Origin: Cronobacter muytjensii ATCC 51329 | GTDB lineage: Bacteria; Pseudomonadota; Gammaproteobacteria; Enterobacterales; Enterobacteriaceae | Assembly (NCBI RefSeq): GCF_001277195.1 | Contig: NZ_CP012268.1 | Span: forward strand, 1,173,859 to 1,213,858 | DNA length: 40,000 nucleotides | Direction: 5' to 3' | In this document: in pieces, positions 1 through 11,162 of the stretch | Numbering within the stretch: the first letter of the stretch is position 1 | Layout: each line of letters starts with the position of its first letter | The notes under the pieces: generated by a model | What the model was told of the DNA's origin: nothing | The model's input: only the letters and a program-made list of their open reading frames with translations | Database searches by the model: none | Program-made: the position numbers and the translations under genes

Positions 1-648
1 TGGATTGTCGTGGACGGCGGCTCAAACGACGGCACGGCGCAGTTCCTGGAAGATCTCGACGGTCAGTACAACCTGCGTTTCGTCAGCGAAAAAGACAACG
101 GCATTTACGATGCGATGAATAAAGGCATCGCTATGGCCAATGGTCGCTTTGCGATTTTTCTGAATTCCGGTGACGTATTTCATCCGAATGTGGCAGACGT
201 AGCGCGCCAGCTGGCCGCTGCGCCTGCGAATGAAGACGCGATGTATATTGGCGACGCGCTGCTGGATTTTGGCGACGGCAATAAAATTCGCCGCAGCGCG
301 AAAAGCGGCTGGTATATTTACCACAGCCTGCCTGCCAGCCATCAGGCCATTTTCTTCCCGGTTTCCGGGCTTAAAAAGTACCCCTACGATCTGCAATATA
401 AAGTCTCATCCGATTACGCGTTAACCGCCAAAATGTATAAATCCGGCTACGGCTTTAAAAAGCTGAAAGGACTGGTGTCAGAATTCTCAATGGGCGGCGT
501 GTCAACCTCGAATAATCTGGAATTATGTCAGGACGCTAAAAAAGTTCAGCGCAACATATTACGGGTTCCTGGAATATTAACAGAACTTTCTTATTTATTA
601 CGCATGCGTACGACCGGAAAAGCTAAGGCGCTGTATAACAAAGCATAA
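1..648 (+). CDS. wcaE: Colanic acid biosynthesis glycosyltransferase WcaE (5' end outside the window)
   Basis: Frame +1 is open from nt 1 ([17 protein letters not shown]...), so the true start lies upstream. It shows a GT-A/GT2-type pattern (VDGGSNDGT ... NSGD). It sits directly upstream of wcaF-gmd, as WcaE does in the E. coli colanic acid cluster. Confidence 0.85.
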   Translation, partial: WIVVDGGSNDGTAQFLEDLDGQYNLRFVSEKDNGIYDAMNKGIAMANGRFAIFLNSGDVFHPNVADVARQLAAAPANEDAMYIGDALLDFGDGNKIRRSAKSGWYIYHSLPASHQAIFFPVSGLKKYPYDLQYKVSSDYALTAKMYKSGYGFKKLKGLVSEFSMGGVSTSNNLELCQDAKKVQRNILRVPGILTELSYLLRMRTTGKAKALYNKA

Positions 649-670
649 AGCCTTGCCATAAGGAAAGCAT

Positions 671-1219
671 ATGCAGGATTTAAGCGGATTCTCGGTGCCG
701 AAAGGTTTCCGGGGCGGGCACCCTATTAAGGTTCAGTTGTGGTGGGCGGTTCAGGCGACGCTTTTTGCCTGGTCTCCACAAATATTATATCGCTGGCGCG
801 CCTTTTTATTACGGTTATTTGGCGCGCGTATTGGTAAAGGTGTGGTCATTCGCCCTTCGGTGCAAATTACATACCCCTGGAAATTAACTATCGGCGATTA
901 CGCCTGGGTCGGGGATGACGCGGTGCTCTACACGCTCGGGGACATCACTATCGGCGCCAACGCCGTGGTGTCGCAGAAATGCTACCTGTGCACCGGCAGC
1001 CACGACTATATGAGCCCGCATTTTGATATTACCGCCGAGCCGATTGTGATTGGCGAGAAGGCCTGGCTTGCGACGGATGTGTTTGTCGCACCGGGCGTCA
1101 CTGTCGGCGCAGGCACGGTGGTTGGCGCACGCAGCAGCGTATTTAAGACGCTGCCGGCGAACAAGATCTGCCGTGGCAACCCGGCGCAGATTGTTCGTGA
1201 CCGCGTAGAGACGCAATAA
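671..1219 (+). CDS. wcaF: Colanic acid O-acetyltransferase WcaF (hexapeptide-repeat family)
   Basis: 182-aa ORF with hexapeptide/left-handed beta-helix repeats (IGDYAWVGDDAVL, IGANAVV, VGAGTVVGARSSV). It lies between wcaE and gmd. Confidence 0.85.
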   Translation: MQDLSGFSVPKGFRGGHPIKVQLWWAVQATLFAWSPQILYRWRAFLLRLFGARIGKGVVIRPSVQITYPWKLTIGDYAWVGDDAVLYTLGDITIGANAVVSQKCYLCTGSHDYMSPHFDITAEPIVIGEKAWLATDVFVAPGVTVGAGTVVGARSSVFKTLPANKICRGNPAQIVRDRVETQ

Positions 1220-1353
1220 CGCGTCACGCCACAACAGATTTCCCCTCTCAAGCCGAGAGGGTTTGGGAAAGGGGAGCAGGACACTGATCCCTGAATTAAT
1301 AAACGGCCTGGTGAGCCAGGCAAAGTCCGATTTAAACAGAGGAAAAACAAATT

Positions 1354-2475
1354 ATGAGTAAAGTTGCTCTCATTACCGGCGTAACCGGACAAGATGGCTC
1401 CTATCTGGCTGAGTTTCTGCTTGAGAAAGGGTATGAAGTTCACGGTATCAAACGCCGCGCGTCTTCTTTCAATACCGAGCGTGTTGACCATATCTATCAG
1501 GATCCGCACAGCAGCAACCCGAAATTCCACCTGCACTATGGTGACCTGACGGATACCTCCAACCTGACCCGTATCCTGCAGGAAGTGCAGCCGGACGAAG
1601 TGTACAACCTGGGCGCGATGAGCCACGTAGCGGTCTCTTTCGAATCCCCGGAATACACCGCAGACGTAGACGCCATGGGCACCCTGCGCCTGCTGGAAGC
1701 GATTCGCTTCCTGGGTCTGGAGAAGAAAACCCGTTTTTATCAGGCGTCCACCTCTGAGCTGTACGGCCTGGTGCAGGAAATTCCGCAGAAAGAGACCACG
1801 CCGTTCTACCCGCGCTCTCCATACGCGGTCGCGAAACTGTACGCTTACTGGATCACCGTGAACTACCGTGAATCCTACGGCATGTACGCGTGCAACGGCA
1901 TTCTGTTCAACCACGAATCTCCGCGTCGTGGCGAAACCTTCGTAACCCGCAAAATTACCCGCGCTATCGCCAACATCGCTCAGGGTCTGGAATCCTGCCT
2001 GCATCTGGGCAACATGGACTCCCTGCGTGACTGGGGCCATGCCAAAGACTACGTGAAAATGCAGTGGATGATGCTGCAGCAGGAGCAGCCGGAAGACTTC
2101 GTTATCGCAACGGGTGTGCAGTACTCCGTGCGCCAGTTCGTCGAAATGGCGGCCGCACAGCTGGGCATCAAACTGCGCTTTGAAGGCAAAGGCGTGGAAG
2201 AGAAAGGCATCGTAGTCTCCGTGACCGGTCACGACGCACCGGGCGTGAAGCCGGGCGACGTTATCGTTCAGGTTGACCCGCGTTACTTCCGTCCTGCTGA
2301 AGTGGAAACCCTGCTGGGCGACCCGACCAAAGCACACGAGAAACTGGGCTGGAAACCGGAAATCACGCTGCAGGAAATGGTCTCTGAAATGGTCGCGAAA
2401 GATCTCGAAGCCGCGAAGAAACACTCGCTGCTGAAATCTCACGGCTACGAGGTTGCCATCGCGCTGGAGTCCTGA
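1354..2475 (+). CDS. gmd: GDP-mannose 4,6-dehydratase
   Basis: 373 aa with the SDR Rossmann motif [11 protein letters not shown]. It is near-collinear with E. coli Gmd as I recall it ([35 protein letters not shown]...). A GAGGAAAAA Shine-Dalgarno sequence lies upstream. Confidence 0.97.
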   Translation: MSKVALITGVTGQDGSYLAEFLLEKGYEVHGIKRRASSFNTERVDHIYQDPHSSNPKFHLHYGDLTDTSNLTRILQEVQPDEVYNLGAMSHVAVSFESPEYTADVDAMGTLRLLEAIRFLGLEKKTRFYQASTSELYGLVQEIPQKETTPFYPRSPYAVAKLYAYWITVNYRESYGMYACNGILFNHESPRRGETFVTRKITRAIANIAQGLESCLHLGNMDSLRDWGHAKDYVKMQWMMLQQEQPEDFVIATGVQYSVRQFVEMAAAQLGIKLRFEGKGVEEKGIVVSVTGHDAPGVKPGDVIVQVDPRYFRPAEVETLLGDPTKAHEKLGWKPEITLQEMVSEMVAKDLEAAKKHSLLKSHGYEVAIALES

Positions 2476-2477
2476 GC

Positions 2478-3443
2478 ATGAAAAAGCAACGTATTTTTGT
2501 GGCCGGCCACTGCGGGATGGTGGGGTCGGCCATCGTTCGCCAGCTTGAGCAGCGCGACGACGTCGAGCTGGTGCTCAAAGGGCGCGACGAGCTGAACCTG
2601 CTGGACAGCGCGGCGGTCAACGCGTTCTTCGCGGATGCCGCGCTTGACCAGGTTTACCTGGCGGCGGCGAAGGTGGGCGGCATTGTCGCCAACAACACCT
2701 ATCCGGCGGACTTCATCTACGAAAATATGATGATTGAGAGCAACATCATTCACGCGGCGCATCTGCACAACGTGAACAAGCTGTTGTTCCTCGGATCGTC
2801 GTGCATCTACCCGAAACTGGCCAACCAGCCAATTAAAGAAAGCGAACTCCTGCAGGGGACGCTGGAGCCGACGAACGAGCCGTACGCTATCGCCAAAATC
2901 GCGGGCATCAAGCTGTGCGAGTCTTACAACCGCCAGCACAACCGCGACTACCGCTCGGTGATGCCGACCAACCTGTATGGTCCGCATGACAACTTCCACC
3001 CGAGCAACTCGCACGTTATCCCGGCGCTGCTGCGTCGCTTCCATGAAGCGACCCAGGAGAACGCGGCGGACGTAGTGGTGTGGGGCAGCGGTACGCCGAT
3101 GCGCGAATTCCTGCATGTGGATGACATGGCGGCCGCCAGCATTCACGTGATGGAGCTCGACCGCGAAGTGTGGCAGGAGAACACCGAGCCGATGCTGTCG
3201 CACATTAACGTGGGCACCGGCGTCGACTGCACCATTCGCGAGCTGGCGCAGACCATCGCGAAAGTGGTGGGCTACAAAGGCCGCGTGGTGTTTGACGCGT
3301 CTAAACCGGACGGTACGCCGCGCAAATTGCTCGACGTTAATCGTCTGCACTCACTGGGCTGGTATCACGAGATCTCACTGGAAGCGGGCCTTGCCAGCAC
3401 ATACCAGTGGTTCCTTGAAAACCAGCATCGTTTCCGGGGGTAA
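2478..3443 (+). CDS. fcl: GDP-L-fucose synthase (GDP-4-keto-6-deoxymannose 3,5-epimerase/4-reductase)
   Basis: 321 aa with the Rossmann motif GHCGMVGSA and the SDR catalytic YAIAK. It starts 3 nt after the gmd stop, keeping the conserved gmd-fcl order. Confidence 0.95.
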   Translation: MKKQRIFVAGHCGMVGSAIVRQLEQRDDVELVLKGRDELNLLDSAAVNAFFADAALDQVYLAAAKVGGIVANNTYPADFIYENMMIESNIIHAAHLHNVNKLLFLGSSCIYPKLANQPIKESELLQGTLEPTNEPYAIAKIAGIKLCESYNRQHNRDYRSVMPTNLYGPHDNFHPSNSHVIPALLRRFHEATQENAADVVVWGSGTPMREFLHVDDMAAASIHVMELDREVWQENTEPMLSHINVGTGVDCTIRELAQTIAKVVGYKGRVVFDASKPDGTPRKLLDVNRLHSLGWYHEISLEAGLASTYQWFLENQHRFRG

Positions 3444-3445
3444 GG

Positions 3446-3925
3446 ATGTTTTTAAGTCAGGAAGATTTTGCCACCGTGGTGCGCTCCACGCCGCTTATCT
3501 CCATCGATCTGATTGTCGAAAACGAGCAGGGGGAGTTCCTGCTCGGTCATCGCACCAATCGTCCGGCGCAGGGCTTCTGGTTCGTGCCTGGCGGTCGGGT
3601 TCAGAAAGATGAGCCGCTGGCGCAGGCGTTTGAACGCCTGACGCAGGCGGAGCTTGGCAAACGCTTTTCGATGCCGGAAGGAGAGTTTTACGGCGTCTGG
3701 CAGCACTTCTATGACGACAACTTCTCCGGGACCGACTTCACGACCCATTACATCGTGCTGGGTTTCCGGCTGCGCGTAAACGCGGAGGCGCTCAACCTGC
3801 CCAAAGAGCAGCACGAAGCCTACCGCTGGCAGTCGCCCGCCTCGATCGTGGCAAGTGAAGATGTGCATGACAACAGCCGCGCCTACTTTATGGCTGAACG
3901 CTTTGCCGGAGTACCGGGCTTATGA
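3446..3925 (+). CDS. gmm: GDP-mannose mannosyl hydrolase (Nudix)
   Basis: 159 aa with the Nudix box [23 protein letters not shown]. Its N-terminus [17 protein letters not shown] matches E. coli Gmm/WcaH. Confidence 0.93.
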   Translation: MFLSQEDFATVVRSTPLISIDLIVENEQGEFLLGHRTNRPAQGFWFVPGGRVQKDEPLAQAFERLTQAELGKRFSMPEGEFYGVWQHFYDDNFSGTDFTTHYIVLGFRLRVNAEALNLPKEQHEAYRWQSPASIVASEDVHDNSRAYFMAERFAGVPGL

Positions 3926-5145
3926 AAATCCTGGTTTACGGCATCAACTACTCGCCGGAGCTGACCGGTATCGGTAAGTACACCGGCGAGATGGTGGAAT
4001 GGATGGCCCGTCAGGGCCATGAGGTGCGGGTCATTACCGCACCGCCATACTACCCGGCCTGGAAAGTGGGGGAGAACTACTCCTCCTGGCGCTGGCGCAA
4101 AGAGCAGGGCGCCGCCACGGTGTGGCGCTGCCCGCTTTATGTCCCGAAACAGCCTTCTACGTTAAAACGCCTGATCCATCTCGGCAGCTTTGCAGCCAGC
4201 TCGTTCTTCCCGCTGCTGGCCCAGCGTCGCTGGAAGCCGGATCGCATCATCGGCGTGGTGCCGACACTGTTTTGTACGCCGGGCATGCGCCTGCTGGCGA
4301 AGCTCTCCGGCGCGAAAACCGTGTTGCACATTCAGGATTACGAAGTGGACGCCATGCTCGGTCTTGGCATGGCGGGCCGCGGCAAGGGGGGCAAAATCGC
4401 CCGTCTCGCCAGCCGTTTTGAGCGCAGCGGTCTGCATAACGTCGATAACGTGTCGACCATTTCGCGCTCCATGATGAACAAAGCCAAAGAAAAAGGGGTC
4501 CCTGCGGAGCGCGTGATTTTCTTCCCGAACTGGTCCGAAGTGGCGCGGTTCCGGGATGTGAAAACCGAAGACGTCGACGCGCTGCGCCGCGAGCTGGGTC
4601 TGCCTGCGGATAAAAAAATCATCCTCTACTCCGGCAACATCGGGGAGAAACAGGGGCTGGAAAACGCCATTGAAGTGGCGGCCCGCTTTACCGACCAGCC
4701 GTGGATTTTCGCGATTGTCGGCCAGGGCGGCGGCAAAGCGCGCCTCGAAAAAATGGTCGCGGAGCGCGGGCTCACTAACGTGCGGTTCTTCCCGCTACAG
4801 CCTTATGAAGCGCTCCCGGCGCTGCTCAAGATGGCGGATTGCCATCTGGTGATTCAAAAGCGCGGCGCAGCCGACGCGGTTCTGCCGTCCAAGCTCACCA
4901 ATATTCTGGCGGTGGGCGGCAATGCGGTTATCACGGCGGAGAGCGACACCGAGCTCGGACAGCTCTGTATCGCGGAGCCTGGCATCGCCGTCTGCGTGGA
5001 GCCAGAGTCGGTCGACGCGCTGGCGGCAGGGATCGAAAGCGCCCTGGCGCTGCCCAAAGACAACACGGTGGCACGTGAATATGCCGAACGCACGCTCGAA
5101 AAAGAGAACGTGTTAAGCCAATTTATCGCTGATATTCGGGGTTAA
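3922..5145 (+). CDS. wcaI: Colanic acid glycosyltransferase WcaI (GT-B/GT4-like)
   Basis: 407 aa. Its start overlaps the gmm stop (ATGA). It is collinear with E. coli WcaI ([24 protein letters not shown]...). Confidence 0.9.
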   Translation: MKILVYGINYSPELTGIGKYTGEMVEWMARQGHEVRVITAPPYYPAWKVGENYSSWRWRKEQGAATVWRCPLYVPKQPSTLKRLIHLGSFAASSFFPLLAQRRWKPDRIIGVVPTLFCTPGMRLLAKLSGAKTVLHIQDYEVDAMLGLGMAGRGKGGKIARLASRFERSGLHNVDNVSTISRSMMNKAKEKGVPAERVIFFPNWSEVARFRDVKTEDVDALRRELGLPADKKIILYSGNIGEKQGLENAIEVAARFTDQPWIFAIVGQGGGKARLEKMVAERGLTNVRFFPLQPYEALPALLKMADCHLVIQKRGAADAVLPSKLTNILAVGGNAVITAESDTELGQLCIAEPGIAVCVEPESVDALAAGIESALALPKDNTVAREYAERTLEKENVLSQFIADIRG

Positions 5146-5148
5146 GCC

Positions 5149-6591
5149 ATGAGTCAGTCAAAACTCTTTCCGGTAATTATGGCAGGGGGCTCCGGCAGCC
5201 GTCTGTGGCCGCTTTCCCGCGTGCTTTACCCAAAACAGTTCCTCTGCCTGAAAGGGGATCTGACAATGCTTCAGACCACCGTCTGCCGCTTAAACGGCGT
5301 GCAGTGCGAAAGCCCGGTGGTTATCTGCAACGAACAGCATCGTTTTATCGTCGCCGAGCAGTTGCGCCAGCTGAACAAGCTCACCGAAAACATCATTCTT
5401 GAGCCTGCCGGACGCAATACCGCGCCGGCCATCGCTCTGGCGGCGCTGGCGGCGAAACGCAACAGCCCGGACACCGATCCGCTGATGCTGGTGCTGGCGG
5501 CCGATCACATGATTCAGGACGAAGACGCGTTTCGCAGCGCCGTGCGCGCCGCGATGCCGTTCGCTGAGAGCGGCAAGCTGGTGACCTTCGGCATCGTGCC
5601 GAATCTGCCGGAAACCGGCTACGGCTACATCCGCCGCGGCGAGGTGTGCAACCCGGAGGTGGCGGTTGACGCCGTCGCCTTCAGCGTGGCGCAGTTCGTA
5701 GAAAAACCGGATCTGGAGACCGCCCGCTCTTATGTCAACAGCGGCGAATATTACTGGAACAGCGGCATGTTCTTGTTCCGTGCCGGCCGTTATCTGGAAG
5801 AGCTGGCGAAATACCGCCCGGACATTCTGGATGCCTGTGAAAAAGCCATGGGCACGGTTGACCCCGATCTCGACTTTATCCGCGTTGATGAAGAAGCCTT
5901 CCTGGCCTGCCCGGAAGAGTCTATCGACTACGCCGTGATGGAAAAAACCGCCGACGCGGTCGTGGTGCCGATGGACGCGGGCTGGAGCGATGTCGGCTCC
6001 TGGTCATCGCTGTGGGAAATCTCCAACCGATCGCCGGAAGGCAACGTGCATCACGGCGACGTGATTTCGCACAACACCGAGAACAGCTACGTCTATGCCG
6101 AATCCGGTCTGGTGACGACCGTCGGCGTGAAAGATCTCGTCGTGGTGCAGACCAAAGACGCGGTGCTGATTGCCGACCGTAATCACGTTCAGGACGTGAA
6201 GAAAGTGGTCGAGAAGATCAAAGCCGATGGTCGCCATGAGCATCATATCCACCGCGAAGTGTACCGCCCGTGGGGCAAATATGACTCCATCGATCAGGGT
6301 GATCGCTACCAGGTGAAACGCATCACGGTGAAGCCGGGCGAGGGTCTGTCGTTGCAGATGCATCATCACCGCGCTGAACACTGGATTGTCGTGGCGGGTA
6401 CCGCGAAGGTGACGATTAACGACGAGGTGAAACTGGTGGGCGAGAATGAGTCGGTCTACATCCCGCTCGGCGCCACCCACTGCCTGGAAAACCCCGGCAA
6501 GATCCCGCTGGATCTGATTGAAGTGCGCTCCGGCACGTATCTGGAAGAAGACGATGTGATTCGCTTCGCCGACCGTTACGGGCGGGTTTGA
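5149..6591 (+). CDS. cpsB: Mannose-1-phosphate guanylyltransferase
   Basis: 480 aa. The N-terminus carries the nucleotidyltransferase motif [12 protein letters not shown]. The C-terminus is a cupin/type II PMI-like domain ([13 protein letters not shown]). Confidence 0.95.
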   Translation: MSQSKLFPVIMAGGSGSRLWPLSRVLYPKQFLCLKGDLTMLQTTVCRLNGVQCESPVVICNEQHRFIVAEQLRQLNKLTENIILEPAGRNTAPAIALAALAAKRNSPDTDPLMLVLAADHMIQDEDAFRSAVRAAMPFAESGKLVTFGIVPNLPETGYGYIRRGEVCNPEVAVDAVAFSVAQFVEKPDLETARSYVNSGEYYWNSGMFLFRAGRYLEELAKYRPDILDACEKAMGTVDPDLDFIRVDEEAFLACPEESIDYAVMEKTADAVVVPMDAGWSDVGSWSSLWEISNRSPEGNVHHGDVISHNTENSYVYAESGLVTTVGVKDLVVVQTKDAVLIADRNHVQDVKKVVEKIKADGRHEHHIHREVYRPWGKYDSIDQGDRYQVKRITVKPGEGLSLQMHHHRAEHWIVVAGTAKVTINDEVKLVGENESVYIPLGATHCLENPGKIPLDLIEVRSGTYLEEDDVIRFADRYGRV

Positions 6592-6609
6592 TTCTGCGGC
6601 ATCGTTTAT

Positions 6610-6647
6610 GCGCCCCGGTCACGTCGATGACGGCGCGACCGGGGCGC
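6610..6647 (+). other. GC-rich intercistronic stem-loop after cpsB (REP-like or mRNA-stabilising; no T-run)
   Basis: GCGCCCCGGTC (6610-6620) is the perfect reverse complement of GACCGGGGCGC (6637-6647). The loop contains an inner CGTC/GACG pairing. Confidence 0.5.
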
Positions 6648-6711
6648 GAAATCGGCATGCAGAACCGTGCAGAATTTTTTCCGACAAAAAAGACAACCCA
6701 AGAGATAAAAA

Positions 6712-8082
6712 ATGGAAAAGTTAACGTGTTTTAAAGCCTACGACATTCGTGGGCGTCTGGGCGAAGAACTGAATGACGATATCGCATGGCGTATTGGCCG
6801 TGCCTATGGCGAGTTCCTGAAACCGAAAACTATCGTGCTGGGCGGCGACGTGCGCCTGACCAGCGAATCCCTGAAGCTTTCGCTGGCGAAAGGTCTGCAG
6901 GACGCGGGCGTGGACGTGCTGGATATCGGCCTGTCCGGCACCGAAGAGATCTACTTCGCCACCTTCCATCTGGGCGTGGATGGCGGCATTGAAGTGACCG
7001 CAAGCCACAACCCGATGGATTACAACGGCATGAAGCTGGTGCGCGAAGGCGCGCGCCCGATTAGCGGCGACACTGGCCTGCGCGACGTGCAGCGTCTCGC
7101 GGAAGCGAACGACTTCCCGCCGGTGAACGAGGCCAAACGCGGCAGCTACAAAAAAATCGACCTGCGCGAGGCGTACATCGACCACCTGCTGGGCTATATC
7201 GACGTTAACAACCTCAAGCCGCTGAAACTGGTGATTAACTCCGGCAACGGCGCGGCAGGCCCGGTGGTGGACGCCATAGAAGCGCGCTTTAAAGCACAGG
7301 GCGTGCCGGTTGAGTTCATTAAAGTTCATAACACCCCGGACGGCAACTTCCCGAACGGTATTCCTAACCCGCTGCTGCCGGAGTGCCGCGACGACACCCG
7401 TAACGCGGTGATTGAACACGGCGCGGACATGGGCATCGCGTTTGACGGCGATTTCGACCGCTGCTTCCTGTTTGATGAAACCGGGCAGTTTATCGAGGGC
7501 TACTACATTGTCGGTCTGCTGGCCGAAGCGTTCCTCGAAAAACATCCTGGCGCGAAAATCATCCATGACCCGCGTCTGTCCTGGAACACCGTGGACGTGG
7601 TGAAAGCCGCCGGCGGCGTGCCGGTGATGTCCAAAACCGGTCACGCGTTTATCAAAGAGCGTATGCGCCAGGAAGACGCCATCTACGGCGGCGAAATGAG
7701 CGCGCACCATTACTTCCGTGATTTCGCCTACTGCGACAGCGGCATGATCCCGTGGCTGCTGGTCACTGAACTGCTGTGCCTGAAAGGCCAGTCGCTGGGC
7801 GAGCTGGTACGCGACCGTATGGCGGCGTTCCCGGCGAGCGGCGAAATCAACAGCAAGCTGGCAGAGCCTGCCGTGGCGATTAAGCGCGTGGAAGATCACT
7901 TCGCGCCGCAGGCAAGCGAGACAGACCACACCGACGGCATCAGCATGGCGTTTGGCGGCTGGCGCTTTAACTTGCGTTCGTCCAACACCGAGCCGGTGGT
8001 GCGTCTCAATGTGGAGTCACGCGGCGATACGGCGCTGATGCAGGCGAAAACCGAAGAAATTCTGGCTCTGCTGAATCAGTAA
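6712..8082 (+). CDS. cpsG: Phosphomannomutase
   Basis: 456 aa with the phosphohexomutase active-site loop TASHNP and the metal site FDGDFDR. The cpsB-cpsG order is conserved. Confidence 0.95.
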   Translation: MEKLTCFKAYDIRGRLGEELNDDIAWRIGRAYGEFLKPKTIVLGGDVRLTSESLKLSLAKGLQDAGVDVLDIGLSGTEEIYFATFHLGVDGGIEVTASHNPMDYNGMKLVREGARPISGDTGLRDVQRLAEANDFPPVNEAKRGSYKKIDLREAYIDHLLGYIDVNNLKPLKLVINSGNGAAGPVVDAIEARFKAQGVPVEFIKVHNTPDGNFPNGIPNPLLPECRDDTRNAVIEHGADMGIAFDGDFDRCFLFDETGQFIEGYYIVGLLAEAFLEKHPGAKIIHDPRLSWNTVDVVKAAGGVPVMSKTGHAFIKERMRQEDAIYGGEMSAHHYFRDFAYCDSGMIPWLLVTELLCLKGQSLGELVRDRMAAFPASGEINSKLAEPAVAIKRVEDHFAPQASETDHTDGISMAFGGWRFNLRSSNTEPVVRLNVESRGDTALMQAKTEEILALLNQ

Positions 8083-8098
8083 AACGGCGCGGCCGCCC

Positions 8099-8120
8099 GG
8101 CGTCGCTTCACTGCGACGCC
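8099..8120 (+). other. GC-rich intercistronic stem-loop between cpsG and wcaJ
   Basis: GGCGTCGC (8099-8106) pairs with GCGACGCC (8113-8120) around a 6-nt loop. Weaker hairpins follow at 8141-8157 and 8169-8182. Confidence 0.45.
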
Positions 8121-8196
8121 ATCGCCCCGCAGGCGCAGGCCTGCCGGGTGCCGGGCAGCCGCTTAACTGCGCCTTACGGCGCCTGAAGGTACGACG

Positions 8197-9591
8197 ATGA
8201 CAAATCTAAAAAAGCGCGAACGAGCCAAAACGAATGCATCGTTAATCTCTCTGGTGCAACGATTCTCCGACATAACCATTATGTTCGTCGGGCTGTGGGT
8301 GGTGTGCAGGATCAATGAGCTGCCGTTTTTCTACATGCATCTGCTGATGGCCCTGACCACCCTTGTTGTATTCCAGATGATTGGCGGGATCACCGATTTT
8401 TACCGCTCCTGGCGCGGCGTCAAAATCTCGACCGAACTGCTGCTGCTGTTGCAGAACTGGACCATGAGCCTGGTGTTCAGCGCCGGCCTGATGGCGTTTA
8501 ACCCCGATTTCGAAAGCCCGTTCCGCGTCTTCTTCGCCTGGTATCTGCTGACCGGCGCCGGCATGGTGATTTGCCGTTCGGCGATTCGCTTCGGCGCGGG
8601 CTGGCTGCGTAATCGCGGCTATAACACCCGTCGCGTGGCGATCGCGGGCGCGCAGCCGGTGGGCCAGCAGCTCGCCGAAAGCTTTCGCAATGAGCCGTGG
8701 CTGGGCTTTGAAGTGGTCGGTATTTATCACGATCCGGAGCCGGGCGGCGTGCCGACCGGCTGGGCCGGCAACCTTGAGCAGTTGGTGGAAGACGCCCGTG
8801 CGGGCAAGATCCACAACGTCTATATCGCCATGTCGATGAGCGAAGAGGCGGCGATGAAGAAGCTGGTGCGCCGGCTTTCCGATACCACCTGCTCTGTGAT
8901 GCTGATCCCGGACGTATTTACGTTCAACATTTTGCACTCGCGCCTGGACGACGTGAACGGCGTGCCGGTGGTGCCGCTGTATGACACGCCGCTTTCTGGC
9001 ATTAACCGCATTCTGAAGCGCGTGGAAGATATCATCCTGGCCTCGATGATCCTGCTGCTGATTTCGCCGGTGCTGTGCTGTATCGCGGTCGCCGTGAAGC
9101 TCAGCTCGCCAGGCCCGATTATCTTTCGCCAGACCCGCTACGGCATGGACGGCAAGCCTATCATGGTGTGGAAATTCCGCTCCATGCGCGTGATGGAAAA
9201 CGACAAGGTGGTGAAGCAGGCGACCCAGAACGATCCGCGCGTAACCAAAGTAGGCAACTTCCTGCGCCGCACCTCGCTTGATGAACTGCCGCAGTTTATC
9301 AACGTGCTGACCGGCGAGATGTCGATTGTCGGCCCGCGTCCGCACGCGGTAGCGCATAACGAGCAGTATCGCGCGCTGATTCAGGGCTACATGCTGCGCC
9401 ATAAAGTGAAACCGGGCATCACCGGCTGGGCGCAGATCAACGGCTGGCGCGGCGAGACCGATACCCTGGAGAAGATGGAAAAACGCATCGAGTTCGATCT
9501 GGAGTACATCCGCGAGTGGAGTGTCTGGCTCGATATCAAAATCGTTTTCCTGACCGTGTTCAAAGGCTTTGTTAACAAAGCGGCTTATTAA
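8197..9591 (+). CDS. wcaJ: Undecaprenyl-phosphate glucose-1-phosphate transferase (colanic acid initiating enzyme)
   Basis: 464 aa with N-terminal TM helices and a C-terminal bacterial sugar-transferase domain (ELPQFINVL, VGPRPH, KPGITGWAQI). Confidence 0.93.
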   Translation: MTNLKKRERAKTNASLISLVQRFSDITIMFVGLWVVCRINELPFFYMHLLMALTTLVVFQMIGGITDFYRSWRGVKISTELLLLLQNWTMSLVFSAGLMAFNPDFESPFRVFFAWYLLTGAGMVICRSAIRFGAGWLRNRGYNTRRVAIAGAQPVGQQLAESFRNEPWLGFEVVGIYHDPEPGGVPTGWAGNLEQLVEDARAGKIHNVYIAMSMSEEAAMKKLVRRLSDTTCSVMLIPDVFTFNILHSRLDDVNGVPVVPLYDTPLSGINRILKRVEDIILASMILLLISPVLCCIAVAVKLSSPGPIIFRQTRYGMDGKPIMVWKFRSMRVMENDKVVKQATQNDPRVTKVGNFLRRTSLDELPQFINVLTGEMSIVGPRPHAVAHNEQYRALIQGYMLRHKVKPGITGWAQINGWRGETDTLEKMEKRIEFDLEYIREWSVWLDIKIVFLTVFKGFVNKAAY

Positions 9592-9603
9592 GGGTAGTGG
9601 GTC

Positions 9604-11082
9604 ATGAGCCTTCGCGACAAAACCATTAGCGGCGCCAAGTGGTCCGCGATTTCGACGGTCATTATCATCAGCCTCGGGCTGGTGCAGATGACCATCCTGG
9701 CGCGGCTGATGGATGGTCATCAGTTCGGCCTGTTGACCATAAGCCTGGTGATTATCGCGCTGGCCGATACGCTCTCCGATTTCGGGATTGCGAACTCGAT
9801 TATCCAGCGCAAAACCATCAGCCATCTCGAACTGACAACGCTGTACTGGCTGAACGTCGGTCTCGGGATGGTGGTCTGCGCGGCGGTGTTTCTCTTAAGC
9901 GACCTGATTGCGGGCGTGCTGCATAACCCGGATCTGGCGCCGCTTATCAAAACGCTGGCGTTCGCCTTTGTGGTGATCCCGCACGGTCAGCAGTTCCGCG
10001 CGCTGATGCAAAAAGAGCTGGAGTTCAACAAGATTGGCTCTATCGAAACCTTCTCGGTGCTGGCGGGCTTCACCTTTACGGTGATTTCCGCGCAGTACTG
10101 GCCGGTGGCGATGACCGCCATTCTCGGTTATCTGGTGAATACCGCAGTGCGTACGCTGCTGTTCGGTTTCTTCGGGCGCAAGATTTACCGTCCGGGCCTG
10201 CATTTCTCACTGGCGTCTGTGTCGTCTAACCTGAAGTTCGGCGCCTGGCTGACGGCGGACAGCCTGGTGAACTATATCAATACCAACCTCTCAACGCTGG
10301 TGCTGGCGCGCATCCTCGGCGCGGCGGTGGCCGGGGGCTATAACCTCGCGTACAACGTGGCGGTTGTGCCGCCGATGAAGCTCAACCCCATCATCACCCG
10401 CGTGCTGTTCCCGGCCTTCGCCAAAATTCAGGACGATACTGACAAGCTGCGCGTGAACTTTTACAAGCTGCTCTCGGTGGTCGGCATTATTAACTTCCCG
10501 GCGCTGCTGGGCCTGATGGTGGTGTCGAATAACTTCGTGCCGCTGGTGTTCGGCGAAAAGTGGGTGAGCATTGTGCCTGTCCTGCAACTGCTGTGCGTTG
10601 TCGGCCTGCTGCGCTCTATCGGCAACCCGATAGGATCGCTGCTGATGGCGAAAGCGCGTGTTGATATCAGCTTTAAATTCAACGTGTTTAAAACCTTCCT
10701 GTTTATTCCGGCCATTATCGCGGGCGGGCATCTCGGCGGCGCGCTCGGCGTGACGCTCGGCTTCCTGCTGGTGCAGGTTATCAACACTATCCTGAGCTAT
10801 TTCATCATGATTAAGCCGGTGCTGGGCTCCAGCTACCGCGAGTATATCCAGAGCATTCTGCTGCCATTCTGGCTCTCATTGCCTACGCTGGTGGTCAGCT
10901 TCGCGCTGGGCGTGGCGCTGAAGGGGCATCTGCCGCTCGCCTCGCTGCTGGCGGTGCAGATTGCGGCCGGCGTGCTGGCGTTCGCCGTGACGATGGTGCT
11001 GTCGCGCAATGCGCTGGTGGTGGAACTGAAACGTCAGTTTTGCCGCAACGATAAAATGAAAATGCTGCTCCGTGCAGGCTGA
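9604..11082 (+). CDS. wzxC: Colanic acid repeat-unit flippase (MOP/PST family)
   Basis: 492-aa polytopic membrane protein located between wcaJ and wcaK. Confidence 0.9.
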   Translation: MSLRDKTISGAKWSAISTVIIISLGLVQMTILARLMDGHQFGLLTISLVIIALADTLSDFGIANSIIQRKTISHLELTTLYWLNVGLGMVVCAAVFLLSDLIAGVLHNPDLAPLIKTLAFAFVVIPHGQQFRALMQKELEFNKIGSIETFSVLAGFTFTVISAQYWPVAMTAILGYLVNTAVRTLLFGFFGRKIYRPGLHFSLASVSSNLKFGAWLTADSLVNYINTNLSTLVLARILGAAVAGGYNLAYNVAVVPPMKLNPIITRVLFPAFAKIQDDTDKLRVNFYKLLSVVGIINFPALLGLMVVSNNFVPLVFGEKWVSIVPVLQLLCVVGLLRSIGNPIGSLLMAKARVDISFKFNVFKTFLFIPAIIAGGHLGGALGVTLGFLLVQVINTILSYFIMIKPVLGSSYREYIQSILLPFWLSLPTLVVSFALGVALKGHLPLASLLAVQIAAGVLAFAVTMVLSRNALVVELKRQFCRNDKMKMLLRAG

Positions 11083-11162
11083 TCCCGTTAAAAATTATTG
11101 ATGCGCAAGCCCCTGCGGCCGGAGTGCCGCGAGAAAGGCGAGCGTATATTTCAGAGGGCAAC

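Noticed and set aside
1006-2442. 478-aa ORF on the minus strand opposite gmd, plus similar long antisense ORFs at 2445-3350(-), 6721-7929(-), 8242-9825(-), 13741-15039(-), 28466-30028(-), 31758-32816(+), 34099-35211(+) and 36538-37263(+).
   Set aside because: Each one exactly shadows a sense-strand gene with unmistakable conserved homology. Their translations are low-complexity and rich in R/A/G/V/H, with no recognisable motifs. Stop-free antisense frames are expected from the strong GC3 codon bias of these genes. No ribosome-binding sites or independent evidence support them.
11124-11162. Upstream extensions of ORF-track starts: wcaK at 11124, galF at 15250 and hisH at 34006.
   Set aside because: The internal ATG starts have Shine-Dalgarno sequences and give lengths and N-termini matching the E. 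coli orthologues as recalled (MKLLILGN..., MNNLKAVIP..., MNVVILDTG...). The extensions are probably artefacts of longest-ORF calling.
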